DNA from: Adineta vaga
Lineage: Eukaryota; Animalia; Rotifera
NCBI GenBank assembly: GCA_021613535.1
Contig: CP075497.1
Location: forward strand, 6,820,001 to 6,884,000
Direction of reading: 5' to 3'
DNA length: 64,000 nucleotides
Position numbers and translations under genes: made by a program. The notes under the pieces were generated by a model, which was not told the DNA's origin, ran no database searches, and saw only the letters and a program-made list of their open reading frames with translations. Position 1 is the stretch's first letter. Each line of letters begins with the position of its first letter. Of the stretch, positions 14,163 through 39,177 are shown one piece after another.

Positions 14163-15427
14163 CTATTTGTTATGGACAAAAATTTGAAAACGTGTTAAAC
14201 CTCGACCTGTTTTCTTATCAAAATCAATGTTTTGTGCATAAGCACGGCAAATAACATTGATTAATACATTTGGTTTTGGGTTTAGAAATTGAATCCAAAG
14301 ATAAGGTGCTTGATAAACATCTTTACGATCTGATTTTCCTCTACAAATACGCAAAATAATTCAATTATTTATAGAAATAAATGTTTTTCATTCGTACGTA
14401 TAAGGAAATCGGTTTAAGTTAATTGATCCACAGTTGTCATTTTGCGTGGTTTCTGAAATATATCTTATGTCGCCAACATTATCCACATCAGCTGGATACT
14501 AAACAAGAATACAAAATGAACTCATTTTTTAATTTTTATCAGTAAACTTCTAAAGGAATTACTTCTCCTTGACATCCAATTGTAATCGCATTGTCTTGTC
14601 GTGAACATCTAGCTGGAAAATCTTTTGGATCATAATCTCTACCCAATGGCTCCGGTACGTAATCAATAATCTAAAGAAAATAAAGAAAGATTTTACAAAT
14701 CAATGTTCAGTTCTCCATTCTCTTACTTTATTCATTTTAACTAACACACATGGTCTACCAGTTGAATAACCATAGAGACTAGCATTTGTGCATTCTCCTG
14801 GGTTTGCGATATTAAATTCAGATTCAGCAGGAGATTGTTGTTGTGGTGAATATCTGGTATGCTGTCCTTTAGGTGATTGTTTCCAATAATCTACATAGAT
14901 TATTATGAAGCACATGATAAAATATGAGTAAAATACTTACAAACTTGAAGATATTTATTAAGACTTTCAACATAACGTTTTGTTTCATTGTCGTAGCCGT
15001 TTTTTTTTAGTTCAATCAAATTTCTCTCAACATCCGGTTGTGGTCGAAAACCGAGACCTAGAAAGCAAATTTTTCACTGAAATTGACAAATTCGAAAATA
15101 AAATTTTCAAACCAGGCGAAAGTGGATTTGATCGTGTTTTCATACGTGAATCATGAGAAGTATAATATGGATGATCACGGGGTGTAAGAGCCATAAAAAC
15201 TGCTAACATTGCACAGAAAAACCCGGCTAAACCGATGTAGAAAAAGAAGTAAAAGACACCTAATTTGCCTATTGAAAGAAAGAAAGAAAAACAAAATATA
15301 TTGTTCAATTGTTCTTTTTTCTAGCGCAATGTTCTAATTTACCCCATTGAGCTCCATCCCGACCGAGAAATTCTCTTCGTTTTGAATCATATAATGCATT
15401 ACCCAAGCCAGAGAGTCGACCACCCAT
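14163..15427 (-). CDS. Na+/K+-ATPase beta subunit
   Basis: MGGRLSGLGNALYDSKRREFLGRDGAQW/GKLGVFYFFFYIGLAGFF (type II TM), SPGLGFRP, YGYSTGRPCVLVKMNK, INVICRAYAQNI. Multiple short introns. Confidence 0.92.
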
Positions 15428-16132
15428 GTTGATATCTTTGTTATATGTGCGGTATCACTTATCTAAAAGAAAAAAAACAAGTTGGCTATTCGATCCTGAT
15501 CCGATTTCTCATTTCTTTCTGCCTCGACTGACGTTTTACGATAATAATAAAAAAAAGAAATGTATTTTAACGAACGTCGAATAAAAAAGAAAGAAAAAGA
15601 AAGGTGTTCTATGCCGATGTAGCATTACAATCCAACACATACAGTTTATCATTGAGAAAAAAAAAGAAAATGAGAGAAATAAATCATTCTTTCTCTTCCA
15701 TAAAAACTCGTCGTATGAAAAAAAAATTGTTTTTTTTTTATGAAAGGGCAAAGAATATACCGGTCGGTTGTTATTCTCCTTATAAGCGAAGAAGAAAAAA
15801 ACCACCGATGCCGAAGAATTAGAAGAACAGAAGAAAAAAAGTTTTGTGTTTTATTATTTGTATTAATATCTAAATAATCATTAAGCACAAAAAGAAAAAT
15901 AAAAGTGAATCGTACATAGACTGGAGACAATTGCAATTTATGATGTCGAAAAAAGACATTCAAGGTCATATATCAACTAATAAAGAACTTTTTTTTTCTC
16001 TAGCTCTAGAATAAATATCTGCCATCTTTAGTCTTTTTCTTGTTTATGACATATTTCTCTATTTTTTCATTGGCCCAAAAACGATTATATAACAACCAGC
16101 ACCATCATTTAGCAGCGACATCTAATCACTGA

Positions 16133-16168
16133 ATGGAAAAAATATACACTTTCCTCCTCAAGGTCAAG
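16133..16168 (+). other. Candidate first coding exon of SERCA copy 1 (MEKIYTFLLKVK)
   Basis: ATG plus 11 codons ending at the phase-0 donor AAG|GTATGC, in frame with the acceptor at 17662 (|att gtt atg cgt cga). TATA-like ttatataa ~45 nt upstream. Confidence 0.4.
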
Positions 16169-17668
16169 GTATGCAGAAGAGATTGATAATCGAGTTTTTA
16201 ATGCACATTGAAAAATCATGAGATTGAAACCTGTAGTCGCAACATCGAGAGAGAGAGAGAAAGAGAAAGAAAGAGAATCGATTTACATTACTTTAAGTAT
16301 AACCATTTTAAACTGTCTTCATTCTCGAAGGGTTCTACATCTACTCTTAGTACATTTTAATTTATTCTATCAAACTATATTTGAATTCGTTTTCAAACTT
16401 GATTGAAAGTCGATTTCGGTGTAATATGCAGTAAGTCTATCTATATGAGAATTGCTTACAGTAGATAAAATGGAAATTACGATACAGGACCGATAATGAA
16501 AATTAACGGAAAAGAAAAAAGTCTATATTTAATATGGTCTTCCTGTGTAAGATAATAATAATATCTGACATCGTATATAATTGACAGATGGAGAGAAATT
16601 TCTCTAAAGTGCATACGAAAATGGTCTAGTGCCAGTTTGCTAGATTACTGAGTTTAGTAATCCATAAAATAATGGTTATTCAATTTCTTTTTCATAGAGC
16701 TGATACGCCATGAAGACTTTTCAACTGTAATTCAAAATAATTGATGATACATGCTACTCAGAGATTCTTTTATCAAACAAAAATTTTCATGTGCTATTGA
16801 TGCAATAGAAAACTATCAGATCATTGATTTTCTGTGTTCTGTATTCAAGTATAATCTTTCTGACACATGTCAAACTGAACAAAACATTTTTTTCCTTCAC
16901 ATATTATACTATAACAATTGTTTCCTACTACATTTTATTCAATTGATTTCCCAATTGACTGTCGTAATAGAATTCACTTGTTTAACAAATTCAATAGCTA
17001 ATCCATACATAGAAAGCTTCTTCTCTTTAATATGTGAAATCAAGCGAAGCTATTTTGTCTCTTTGGAAATGTTGGCCGTCGTGTAAACAAGAAAGTGAAT
17101 TACATACTTTCATGAAAGCAATCAAGTGTTTTAATTTCATTATGAATTCTAAGAATAAAAAAAAACATATTTTTGACATTCAACCAAAAAATTCTTCATC
17201 AACAATATGCAAATAGTTGATGATACGTTGATTACTAAAATGGGAGATCTAATACAATCATTGCCAATGGAATCTTTTTTTCGAAATTCTTTTTACTCTG
17301 TGACTTTTTTGTGAATAACATCGCAATGCACTGTTTTCTAGCGTCCTCTATTGTTTATTTGAATTTAACTATTTCAGACTATTTAAAACATATCTCAATG
17401 ATCACATAGTATAAAGTGAAACTTTGAAATTATCTCTCTAAATTGTGTACTTTCTCGTCGATGATTGGTACGCACAATGCTTATCGACGCTTACAAGGAT
17501 ATTCCAGACAATCGACACGACTGACTATAGGACGCGTGTCTTTACGTGTATTTTTATGAGTGCATAGTACATGTTGATGTTCTATTTCTATATAGTGATT
17601 ATAATGAATCACCGCATAATGAATATTGTTGTTTTTCGATAAATTTTTATTCATTACTCTAGATTGTT

Positions 17669-22026
<4,358 letters not shown>

Positions 22027-23563
22027 AACAAATACGATAGACTTCTCAAAAAACAAACAGAAATCTCCTTTTTTCTTTTCTATCTAGGAGGATTAGACAA
22101 AAGTTATTTTGTATAAAAGAAAAAAGGATTTTATTTGATAAACAGTTGAATTTTTTTCTTAAATTTGATTATACAAATACATAACAAAAGACTCCTACGC
22201 TTAGAATTATTTATTATGAAATCAAAAATAGAAATAATTGTTTTTTCTCTCTCTCTCTCTCTCTATTTCTCTCTCTCTCTCAAATATTTGTCATCGTAAT
22301 ATGATGAAAAAATGCATACGAATAGAATATTGTCTCGTCTTTTTCTGTGTCTCATTATTTATTAATTTTATGATTGCTCATCGATGCAGTTTCCGTTATT
22401 CGGATGACATATTTATTAATATTTGAAATACAATCTAGTTGAAAGCAATGTTCTCGATCAAAGAAATGATTATTTAAAATGTATTCAATCATGTTTAATT
22501 ATTAAAATTACTTTATGGTATTGTACAACTATTCTATATGCTTGTTATTTTGATTATAATAAGGACATTCGAAATGTCAAAGTGAATCCTTGATACGATT
22601 GAAAATGTCTTTAGATATTTCATCCTTATCAAAATTTATGAATACCATAAATAATTGTTGAATATCGAACGATAAACGACTGAAGAATGAATGATTGATT
22701 GATAGATATAATTTATCCTTTTAGTTTTCATATTCAGCTGTTGATAATATTATTATTTATTCTGTTATATAGAATCAAATAAAGCCTGGTATAAAGTTAT
22801 TTGAATATGATAATAGATCGACTTATAAATATGCAGTGACAATGGTTCATAAAAAAGTGTCATTCATCAACTTGAATAACAATGTGTCATATTGGTATTG
22901 GATTGGTATGAAACTAAAATTTAATTAATATCGAAAATTTTATCTATCAACATTCATATCTTCTATCATTTTTGTTTTTCCTGTTAAATAGTTATGTTTA
23001 CATAACATCCTATCGAAGAATAGATTAACTAAATAATAAATTAGCTTTGAGAGCCAATTATAAATAATGTAAATTTCGTATTCTCTTATATAATCTAAAT
23101 TTAGCAATTAGTTATCATCAAAATTTGTAATGATAATAGAATTTTTTGTCCTATTTTTCACGAAGATAAATAACTGTAAATAAATATGTGGATGACACCT
23201 GTCCATATAATTAGCTGTTCGAGAAATAGGCTAATCAGTTTGATGACATAAATGATAAGTGATATTTTACAAACAAAAAGAATAATTTTATTACTATTAC
23301 GTTATATATAAATGAGGTATGTATATAATCCGTTAATTTCATATTCAATCATGTACGTATGTTTTTCTCGTCATCTGTATGCCGTTAGTTGAGAATTTCT
23401 TAATATATGTTCTTTGTGTGAGTAATGCAATATTTGTCCTCACAGATCATAGACATATGATCATTGTCGATCTTTAACGGTGGTAAATCTTGTATCTGCT
23501 CTGGTGACATAAAAACAGACAAGAGAATATAGAAAGAGAAAAAGAGGAGATATAACGGTAGGA

Positions 23564-25355
23564 GGTGATGATGATGATGATGATGACGGTGGAATTGGAT
23601 CGATCGTCCTCGGCTGCCAAAGTCCACAAGTGATTGATGATGATGATGTCGATCGGTGCGGAAAAAGAGGAAAAATAGATAGGAGAAGAGAAAGAACGAT
23701 TTTGTTGATCTTGATATTATTGTCATTTGTTCGTCACTTCCATATAGAACGTCGAAATAGTGATATGTATGTCTTATTCTTTTTTGACTATTTGAAAAAC
23801 TTTTTCGAAATTTATCTTTATTTTTATCATATAGTAAAAAAAAGATATTTTCGATTCGTTGTCATATATATTGATTGATTCGTAAATTGGTGTTTAACGA
23901 GTCTCATTAATAATCATCATTTCAGTTTTCTAGATTTCGCCTAAAGCAGTGATGATTTGATTCGTGACAATATATCACTAATATGCTACGTTTTTTAGTG
24001 TTTCTATATTTTTTCTATGTTGACAACAAAAGTTATCTCTAGCTGTTAATTATAGATTAAGCACTTACCATCGAATTATAGAATCAGGCATCTCTTTTCT
24101 ATTCTATATTGAGTATAGATATTGACTTTAAATAGTCCCTTATCTTTTTCTTGTTGTGCTCACGAATAATAGAAGGTCGTATGTGAACAACAAACTATTT
24201 TTCCTATACTCTAATGCGAAACAATAAATATTTCAAAGCAGATGTCGAGAAAAAAACTGGTTACATGAGTAACCAGTACATAAATTAGACGACATATAGA
24301 GAAATTTTTTTTTGTATGATAGCCTTGAACACAACATGGTTATAGATAACAAATCAATATTTACGTAGAATTCATTTCTAAATAAAACGCAATAGAATAG
24401 CTATTTAGAGAAAAGGGAATTCTATAACCGGCACGTAGATGATGACAAGGACACTGAAACATGAAAAGCATTTCCTTTTTTCTTTTTTTTTTGTACAATA
24501 AAATTCTATAATCAAGGTAAGATAATGATAAGTATTTATATATATTTTGTTTCTTTTGTCTTTCAAGAAAATAAAATGTATCATTTCGTTATATTGTGAT
24601 ATTTTTTTTTATGTCAATAATCAGTATTAAATTGATGGATAACATAGAGATACAAACGCCTACATCATCTCTATGATGAATAGATGTTTACTCTGATTTT
24701 CATTATCGAAGTGTGGTTCTAAAAAGCCATCCTTATTCACGCCATGATACTATTGAAAAACAACAACAAAATGAATGACGACAGCAGTTTCTCTTCTTCT
24801 TCTTCTTCTTTTTCTCTCTCCTTTGTGCATATCATCATCATCATCATCATCATCCGATCTATGTACGGCAATGATTGACGTAAATCTACTTTGTTTTCTA
24901 TATATGTACATTAGCATCGATAATATCATAGTGGATGAAGGTAGCAACTACGTGAATTATAGCTATCTGTAGTGCAGAGAAAAAAAGGAAGAGAGAAAGA
25001 CTGGAGAAAGGTGATGGATGATAATCGAGGAACTGTTGTAGAATTATGTATATATGTATAATCATAGAAGATATGAGAGAATAAGAAAAAAAAACACGAC
25101 TAACAAGTCCAAGATGTGCGCATAAGTTTTGCGGTATCTAAGACCTATAGAATAGAATGAGAAGAATTTCTATCATCCGTGTGTATATGTTTCACTTGTT
25201 AAGATTTTGTGGCATATCATATCCTGGTACAAGGAAGCATTAAATGTTATATTGCGTATTCTGATGTTTTTCTCCTTCTTCTTCTTCTTCTTCACTATAC
25301 AATGAAAGCAAGAACGATGCGTTGTTGTTGTTGCTATTATTATTGTTATTATTGC
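23564..25355. repeat. Scattered trinucleotide microsatellites ((GAT)n, (CTT)n, (CAT)n, (GTT)n, (TAT)n) between the SERCA copies
   Basis: Visible runs at ~23566-23586, 24794-24810, 24829-24853, 25276-25292 and 25321-25352. Confidence 0.7.
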
Positions 25356-26485
25356 TGTCTCGCTTCTCTTACGTGTCAGTGTAACCACTTTCTGTGATGT
25401 CTGTTCTTTTCTAATTAAGCAACAAATGAAAATATACTTTGTTGTTCAAGTATTTTTCATTGATAATATGAGAGTAGTTAGGAAATTGTTTTTCACTATG
25501 AATTTTAATGATATATCCTGGTATGAACTTTTCAGGATTAGATCATTGCTGAGTGTCACAGAAGTATCTGTGTATTTGAGTTTTTCAAAATAAATATGCA
25601 TAGCACATCATTCTATTTGTTTGCAACACAAAAGATAAACGTATATGCATGCTATTAATGTAAATAAGTAACAAAGAATGGAGAAAATTTCCTTTTTATT
25701 AAACAATTGTTGCATAGAGACACTTGTGATTGAACATATGAACAATAGATAATATAGTTAACTGTGTCTTTACTTTCTATTACCTAAAATCAAGCTACTA
25801 TTAAGTAAGAGTATTTCATGATGAAACAATCATAAAATACAATTTACTCATCGTGCCTCGGTATACTCAAATTTTGTCTTTTTTTTTATAAAATTAGTCG
25901 TGACATATTATTAGTTTTGTATGAAAGAGAAAGGTTGTTACATATTCATAGCCCTATTTTCGTTATCTTCGATGAAGATATAGTCCGTTTTGTACATAAA
26001 AAACCACTAACTAAATGCAATCAACCGTATCCATCATTTCACAATCAAGAGATGGCTCGCTATTTCTGGCGACCTCTATAATTGAATTAAATTTATTAAA
26101 AATACAATAGTTTTTCATATCTGCGTAGATTTTATCGCACTAGAAATTTTTTTCTTTTGTTTTTTTTTCATACTGATTGAATATAGTGATTGGAGAAGAA
26201 CAGAAAGAATGATCGATCATGTTTCGAATTCGAATTCGAATAGAAACACTGGCCAGTAATATATTATACGTATAGTATTCTAAATGCAACAAGGTAACGA
26301 AAAACATACATCAAACTAAAAAAAATACTACTAGTTTGTGTCCATATGTAGGCGTGTAGAGAAAGGTGATCAAAATACACTAATTTATATTGCAATCAAA
26401 ATCATTGCTATACACCTCACTATAATCATCAACTGTGAAATACTCTTTTTCATTTATTTTTCTTTTCCAATCATTTCAGATCGTC

Positions 26486-31122
<4,637 letters not shown>

Positions 31123-31457
31123 TTGTCTCTAGTTGTTTTTTCTACGTATATCTTTCAATTAGTCTAATAATCTTTCTGCTCTGGTTTTCTTTTCAATCAG
31201 TCTTTTTTTATTCTATTATTTAAAGAGACATTCCAATTTTACTAATACAAAATACTTTTCTTTTCTTTTCATTTGAAAATAACACGTTATTTATTTTCTC
31301 TTGTGTTTTTTCTTGTTCTGCTGGTTGTATTTCAATAAAAAATACATTTGTCTTTTAGTTTGCTTAATGCATGAACAAAAAAAGCTTCATTGATTATCCG
31401 TTTGTTTTTCTTCGGTTGTGATCGTAAATTTAATTATTCAATTTTATTTATTTTTAG

Positions 31458-31501
31458 TTTCACCAAGAAATAGTGAATTAAACGAATTGGAAGATAACTA
31501 A
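31458..31501 (+). other. Alternative terminal exon of SERCA copy 2 (short tail ISPRNSELNELEDN*)
   Basis: T-rich tract plus tag acceptor at 31457, phase-compatible with the donor at 30869, open to TAA 31499-31501. AATAAA follows at ~31528. Confidence 0.65.
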
Positions 31502-32135
31502 ACAAATATTTCATTTTTTTTTCTTCGAATAAATGTCTATTTTCCCGACGGTGATGTTTGTTTCGTTTGTGGATAAAAATATATATTAATCATAGAGTAT
31601 CAGTTTCTTATCATATAATTTCCTTCCCATTGATTCTATTCCGATATCTATTTGTCTTATGTGTCAAATCTTTTCTATACATTATAGTTTCTGACATTGT
31701 TTCTTTTTTCGGTAATATAAACCCTAAATTCTTTTCTCTTTATGTTACAATTAGAAATATATCTATCTATCTTTTTTCTTTCGTTCGTGACAACAGTTGT
31801 TTGTTGTCATTGCATACGTTCATTTTTTTTTCTCTTTTCGGAATAGACAAATGCATACAAGCATACGAGTTATGTATTGTATAGGTTCTTTTTTTTTCTC
31901 TTTAGCATTTTTCATATCACGAAATGAACGACGCAATAAATGAGCGGTGTCGATCGATGATGGTAGGTCAGAAAGATGACCTATAGAGAAGGAATAGAAC
32001 ATAGGTGAAAAGAACAGAAGAAAAAAAAATGCATTGATTCAAACGATGTTCTGTTTATACAGGCAAGGCAAGAATGTTGTACTTGATTTTTTTAGATACA
32101 TTTTCGTCTTTTTTTCTCTGGTTCTGATTTTTATT

Positions 32136-32760
32136 ATGGCTTCAAGAGCTAAAGCTAAACCACCAAAGAAGCGTCAACAACGCGCTACTTCAAATATTTT
32201 TGCTATGTTTGATCAATCTCAAATTCAAGAATACAAAGAAGCTTTTAATATAATTGATCATGATCGAGTAAAATTCATTTTTTTCGATATTATCTCGAAG
32301 ATATAATTCCTATTTATTCTTATTTAGGATGGTTTCATTAGTGGTGATGATCTGAAAGATATGTTTGCTTCATTAGGTTTGAGAAAATGTTTTGTTTTTA
32401 TTTATTTTGCTTCATTTTTATTTTGTTTTAGGTAAAGTCGTCAATGATGTTGAAATTGATGCGATGATTCGTGAAGCACCAGGTGATATAAATTTCACCA
32501 TGTTTTTAACATTATTTGGAGAAAAATTGACGGGTACTGATCCTGAAGATGTGATTAAAAATGCTTTCATGTCCTTGGATGAAGATGGATCTGGTAAAAT
32601 ATCAGATGAACGTTTACGTGAACTCTTAATGACAATTGGTGATCGGTATACAGATGAAGAAGTCGATGAATTATTTAAAGAAGCACCAATTAAAAATGGT
32701 TTATTTGATTATCCTGAATTTGTTAAAATTCTCAAATATGGTCGAAAAGATCAAGATTAA
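32136..32760 (+). CDS. Myosin regulatory light chain (non-muscle/smooth type, sqh/MYL12-like)
   Basis: [15 protein letters not shown] (phosphorylatable Thr-Ser), EF-hand [13 protein letters not shown] across an intron, [14 protein letters not shown]. Two introns. Confidence 0.95.
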
Positions 32761-33597
32761 AAATCATCCGTTTTTCTTTTATTATTCAGATATTTCAATA
32801 AGAATTGTAATGAACATCTGATATATTTACTTTACCATCAGGGATAACATTTTTCTCTTTCATTTTCATTTTCTTTTCCTACGATATAACATTCGATAAT
32901 CTCTTAACTGCTTTATGTATATACAGATTGTAGTGATCAAACATTCATATTTCTTTTCATTCTTAAAAACAAAATAAAGTATACAATAGATATAACTTTT
33001 GAATTTACATTGAATCTTTAGAGAGAAATCTAGACTATGTATTAGTTCCCTTCATTAGAAACCTATATATTGTCAACGAATTTTATGAGTAAAATATGGC
33101 GGTACTCGAACGTCATCTATTACCTAAATAAAGATTGGATAATAGAAAATAGCAATTGCTTTCTACAGTATTTATTCTTTGTTCAGCTTTGAAAATGTTC
33201 TCATTCATACATACCTTTAAATCTAGTTTTTATTAATAATTTGAAATATATGTTGCTTCCAGCCGAATCTGAGTTAGTATTTTGTTCTTATTTGGAACTG
33301 ATAAATTCTGATTGGGACGAGTTAGATTTGCTCCCCTCTGTTGCCAAAACCGATGTTATTAATCCAAGTCAACCAGCTGAGCAAGTTTTTTCTTTTTCTC
33401 AACAATTATCTCATATTCATCTTTTTTCGTCCAGTCCAAATCGTGATCATGAACGGAAATCTAAGTTTCTGATTCCGATTGACAATTATTCGTTTTTTTT
33501 ACATTTCTGATTAACAGACTTATAATGTTTGTTTTTAGTTTCAGATTAAATCCTTGTTTTTCTTTTCTTTGCCTGTACCATACCCGGTTGATTAACA

Positions 33598-35324
<1,727 letters not shown>

Positions 35325-35837
35325 ATTTCTTGCTAGTTATTTTTTCTATATTGTTGTACAATGTTAAAATCTCTTTTGAAATCTAGATGATGCTTGTTTA
35401 AAAAACAAATAAATCAATATATGTGTTAATTACGATGAGCAAAATCAGATTATATCGAATAAAAATCTGGTTGTTTTTAGTCATTCTTTTTTCCATGTAA
35501 AATGATGAATTTTATAATAACCAAACTTTCTAAATCAATGAAGCATGTCGTCAAAGAAAAAAACGCATGTGCGGCTTTTATTGACTATGTTCTCATTTCG
35601 CTGTTGTACATACAAATGTGTTTCTATAACCCATGGTTAGATCGAGTTGAAGTTAAATATGAAGCACATATGCATTCAAAAGGAAAAAACAACGCATAAA
35701 GAAAGAGAATGTTGTACTTCGTCGAACATATAAATAGTATGACGATTGTCATTTATTTATGAATCATATCGCACTTTAGACTCACTACACTGAAAGATAT
35801 AAAAACGTAATAATCCATTTAATCAATATTAACTAAA

Positions 35838-36821
35838 ATGGTGACTATCTCTATTGCAATTGGTATCGCATTAATTCTATATGTTGGTTATCGTTTATAT
35901 CAACATTTATTTCCACCACCAGATATACATCCAAATGGTAAATATGTTTTAATAAGTGGATGTGATACAGGTTTTGGTCATACATTAGCAATTGAACTTG
36001 ATAAACAAGGTTTTCATGTCTTAGCTGGCGTTTATAATCCCGACAATGAAGAACATGTTACTGGTCAATTGTCCACTCGAGCCACTGTTTTTTGTCTTGA
36101 TATAACGCAAGATGAGGAAATTGAAGCAGCATATCAAATGGTTAAATCAAAAACAAATTCACTTCATGCGCTAGTTAATAATGCTGGCATTGGAAAAGGT
36201 AGTTTTATTGATTGGACAAATGTCGATACTATGAGAAAAATTATGGATGTGAACTTTTTTGGTCATGTTAAAATGACGAAGAAATTTTTACCATTACTTT
36301 TATCTCGTCGTGGATCGCGTGTTGTTAATATCTGTTCTGTTGCTGGCTTTTTTGCTGGGCCTGGCTTGGCAGCTTATTGTGCTTCTAAATTTGCACTTGA
36401 AGCATTTTCAGATTGTCTTCGTCGGGAAATGGATTTATGGGGTTTACATGTGTCAATAGTTGAACCAGGTTATATGAGAACACCAATTATTGAAGGACTA
36501 GATCATAAACATCGTGAATTATGGTCAGAGGCTGATAATGAAACAAAAAGCCGATGGGGTGATGAGTTTTTCGAGAGTTATACAGAAAGTTTCCAGAAAA
36601 ATCCATTCATTTTAAATGCAGAAAATCCAATGAAAGTTGTTAAATCACTTCGTCATGCTGTAACAAATTCTGTTCCACTTATTCGATATCGTCCTGGTTG
36701 GCAAGCAAAATTCTTGTTCTTTCCACTTTCAATGCTCCCTGCTTGGATAGCAGATCTTTTTCTGAAGAAAACAAGAAAAGTAACAATTTTACCAGCTGGT
36801 ATTCTTGAACAACAAGGTTAA
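35838..36821 (+). CDS. Microsomal short-chain dehydrogenase/reductase (retinol/17-beta-HSD-like)
   Basis: N-terminal anchor, SGCDTGFG, LVNNAG, catalytic YCASK, IVEPG. Intronless 327-aa ORF. Confidence 0.9.
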   Translation: MVTISIAIGIALILYVGYRLYQHLFPPPDIHPNGKYVLISGCDTGFGHTLAIELDKQGFHVLAGVYNPDNEEHVTGQLSTRATVFCLDITQDEEIEAAYQMVKSKTNSLHALVNNAGIGKGSFIDWTNVDTMRKIMDVNFFGHVKMTKKFLPLLLSRRGSRVVNICSVAGFFAGPGLAAYCASKFALEAFSDCLRREMDLWGLHVSIVEPGYMRTPIIEGLDHKHRELWSEADNETKSRWGDEFFESYTESFQKNPFILNAENPMKVVKSLRHAVTNSVPLIRYRPGWQAKFLFFPLSMLPAWIADLFLKKTRKVTILPAGILEQQG

Positions 36822-37016
36822 AGAACAACGACAAAAACTACCAAAATAAAACATTGTCCTTTATATCTATTTCTTCTTCTTTTTTTGTTTAAATATGATT
36901 AAAATTTATTCATAGATATAAAACTAACATATTCATTACAATCAGAAAAGCAACAAACTTCATAGTGTTTTTTAAGTATCTAACTTTTCAAATAAAAGAA
37001 AAAGAATAGTGTATAT

Positions 37017-37406
37017 CTACATTAATCCATCATTTTCAATTAAATATTCTGATTGATAATAAGTATTCCATGGAATTGTTTCTCTATTAAAGAATTTTGT
37101 ATCGACATTGGTACTATAAAATAAGGACAATAGATTTAGTTTCAACTTTTTTTCTACATACTCTTGAAAACGTTGTTGCTGTTGATCTCTTGAAAAGATT
37201 AATTCTGATGATGGTTCCATAATCAATGATAATATTTCTTCATTGTCTCGTTCCATGTCGTAATCGTATGGAATATCATCATTCAAGGGAACATACTCGA
37301 ATATATTATCATAGTCTTGAATTTCAGGTCGTGTTCTATAAATTGTTCGTGCATCAATTAAAAGCACAATCATAGTAAAGACGAAGAAAAACATGTAATA
37401 TGCCAT
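37017..37406 (-). CDS. Small secreted acidic protein, unknown function
   Basis: Signal peptide MAYYMFFFVFTMIVLLIDA, Asp/Glu/Tyr-rich body, in-frame GT-AG intron 37161-37084, TATA-like run upstream. Confidence 0.55.
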   Translation of the reverse strand: MAYYMFFFVFTMIVLLIDARTIYRTRPEIQDYDNIFEYVPLNDDIPYDYDMERDNEEILSLIMEPSSELIFSRDQQQQRFQEYVEKKLKLNLLSLFYSTNVDTKFFNRETIPWNTYYQSEYLIENDGLM

Positions 37407-39177
37407 GCCTTGATTAACTAAATACAAAAAATGTTGTTCTTTTCTTCTCTATATATACTTAGCTAAACGGAAATGGGCAAGATCAGTATTATATTTTATA
37501 TGATTTTATAACAATGAATAATTCAAGCAACAAACTATTTAATCAGCTGTCAATCTAATTATTATTCATATTTTACTGATATTTCCAGTGCAAAAAGATT
37601 AATCAGAAAACAAATATAAACTCTACGAATAAATCTACACATATCATAAAAATGACAAATGAATCAAAATAGTGAGGGTAGCTCTTGATTAAATATTGAA
37701 ACTTATGAAGTCATTTATGAAGTAGAAAGTTGATCGATATCAATATACTTTTAATATCCGATATTTTTGTTCGTCTGTTACGCTCTGATTGGTTAATCGC
37801 ATGTAGCATGTTGATTATTCTTTAAATCAATCATTGAATGAAAACAACACCATTGATTGATTCCTTTTTTCTTTTATAATCAACGTTCAATAGGGGAAAA
37901 GACACACATTCTGCTTTCTGTCTTTAAACACTTAGCAATTTGCATCTTTGTGTGATATTTGAGTAACAAAGTGAAGAATGTATTTTTTTACGTCATCAAT
38001 TACTATTATTTCAGTAACGGAAACTGTTAAACCATACGTACGTTTAATACTGTAACAAAAAGAAAGAGAATGTAACTGATTGGACCAGTATTTACAAGAG
38101 AATTTTGTTAATCATCATAAAAATCTGATGATAATGGCAATAAAACGATGTTCAGAATAATTCAACTAGAAACGAAAAAAAAATCATACCATTATTGTAT
38201 GAGTTCATAGATCTGCTCCTTTTTCTTCTCTCTTCAAATTCGAACACTTACAGATGTGTGGTAAGAAGAAATTGTATTGAATATGAATTCAAGAAATAGT
38301 CAAAGCACGTTCAGAGCAATATATCTCGATTAGTCAGTTTATTGAACCGACAGCAAACGATTCGTTTTATTCAAATTTCGATGAACTGTGATTGTTGTAA
38401 ACGATTAGCAATTCTACTCAATATTAAATTGATTATTTGAAATATATTTCAAGATTCGAGATCAAAAATTAATAAGCACGCGAATATTTTCTTCATCAAT
38501 CTTAAATAGAGAGATTATCTAATATTCTTAGATTGAGAAATTTTTTCTAGACAACATCAGAAAAAGATAAAACGAAGTTTTTTTAACTTATTTCGCCTGA
38601 TTAGCCCGACACTATTACTGACGAAGTCAACAAGTCGTCATCTCCCGTTTGAACACGAACAAGTAGATTAAGCGGCATTATACCATGTCAACAATCTTCT
38701 TCATTCAATTGACCATGATCAGGGCCAATATCTAACAATGACGATGTCCTACTGGGTGATCCCAAGAGTCATACACATATAAACCTAAAATCCTTTCTTT
38801 CATCTTTCTGATTTTTCCTTCTTTTCCCTCTCTAGTCTGTTAATTACAATTGCTGAATGACGACGTGTTTTTCAATATTGTAACAGTCGGTCGCGCTTTT
38901 CTTTGATGAACATGTAGATGATATATGTACGTGATAGGGTGGCAGGCGTGCATGCGACACGTAATACGTATATTTTCCGGGAAAAGGAAAAAAAGAGAAA
39001 CATTTTTAGCCAACAGGTAGACGATTTAAGATAAAAAGAGAAAGTGAAAGAGAGAAGAAGGGAACAGAGAGAGAGAGAGACAGAGACAGAAAAAGAGAAG
39101 CAGAAGGTGAGGGAAATAAAAAAGAAATTAGTTGTATATCAATCAATTTCAATCAAATTTTAGCTAAAGACGCCGAT

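Noticed and set aside
23400-25397. Short hydrophobic ORFs between the SERCA copies as possible sarcolamban/phospholamban-like micropeptides
   Set aside because: Their Leu/Ser/His/Cys runs are translations of microsatellites, and there is no regulin-like TM motif.
25678-25752. MEKISFLLN... ORF resembling the candidate first exon of SERCA copy 1
   Set aside because: No convincing phase-0 donor to join the acceptor at 26479, and the similarity is too short to trust.
26223-26240. TTCGAA x3 tandem palindrome as a heat-shock element
   Set aside because: Spacing does not fit nGAAnnTTCn.
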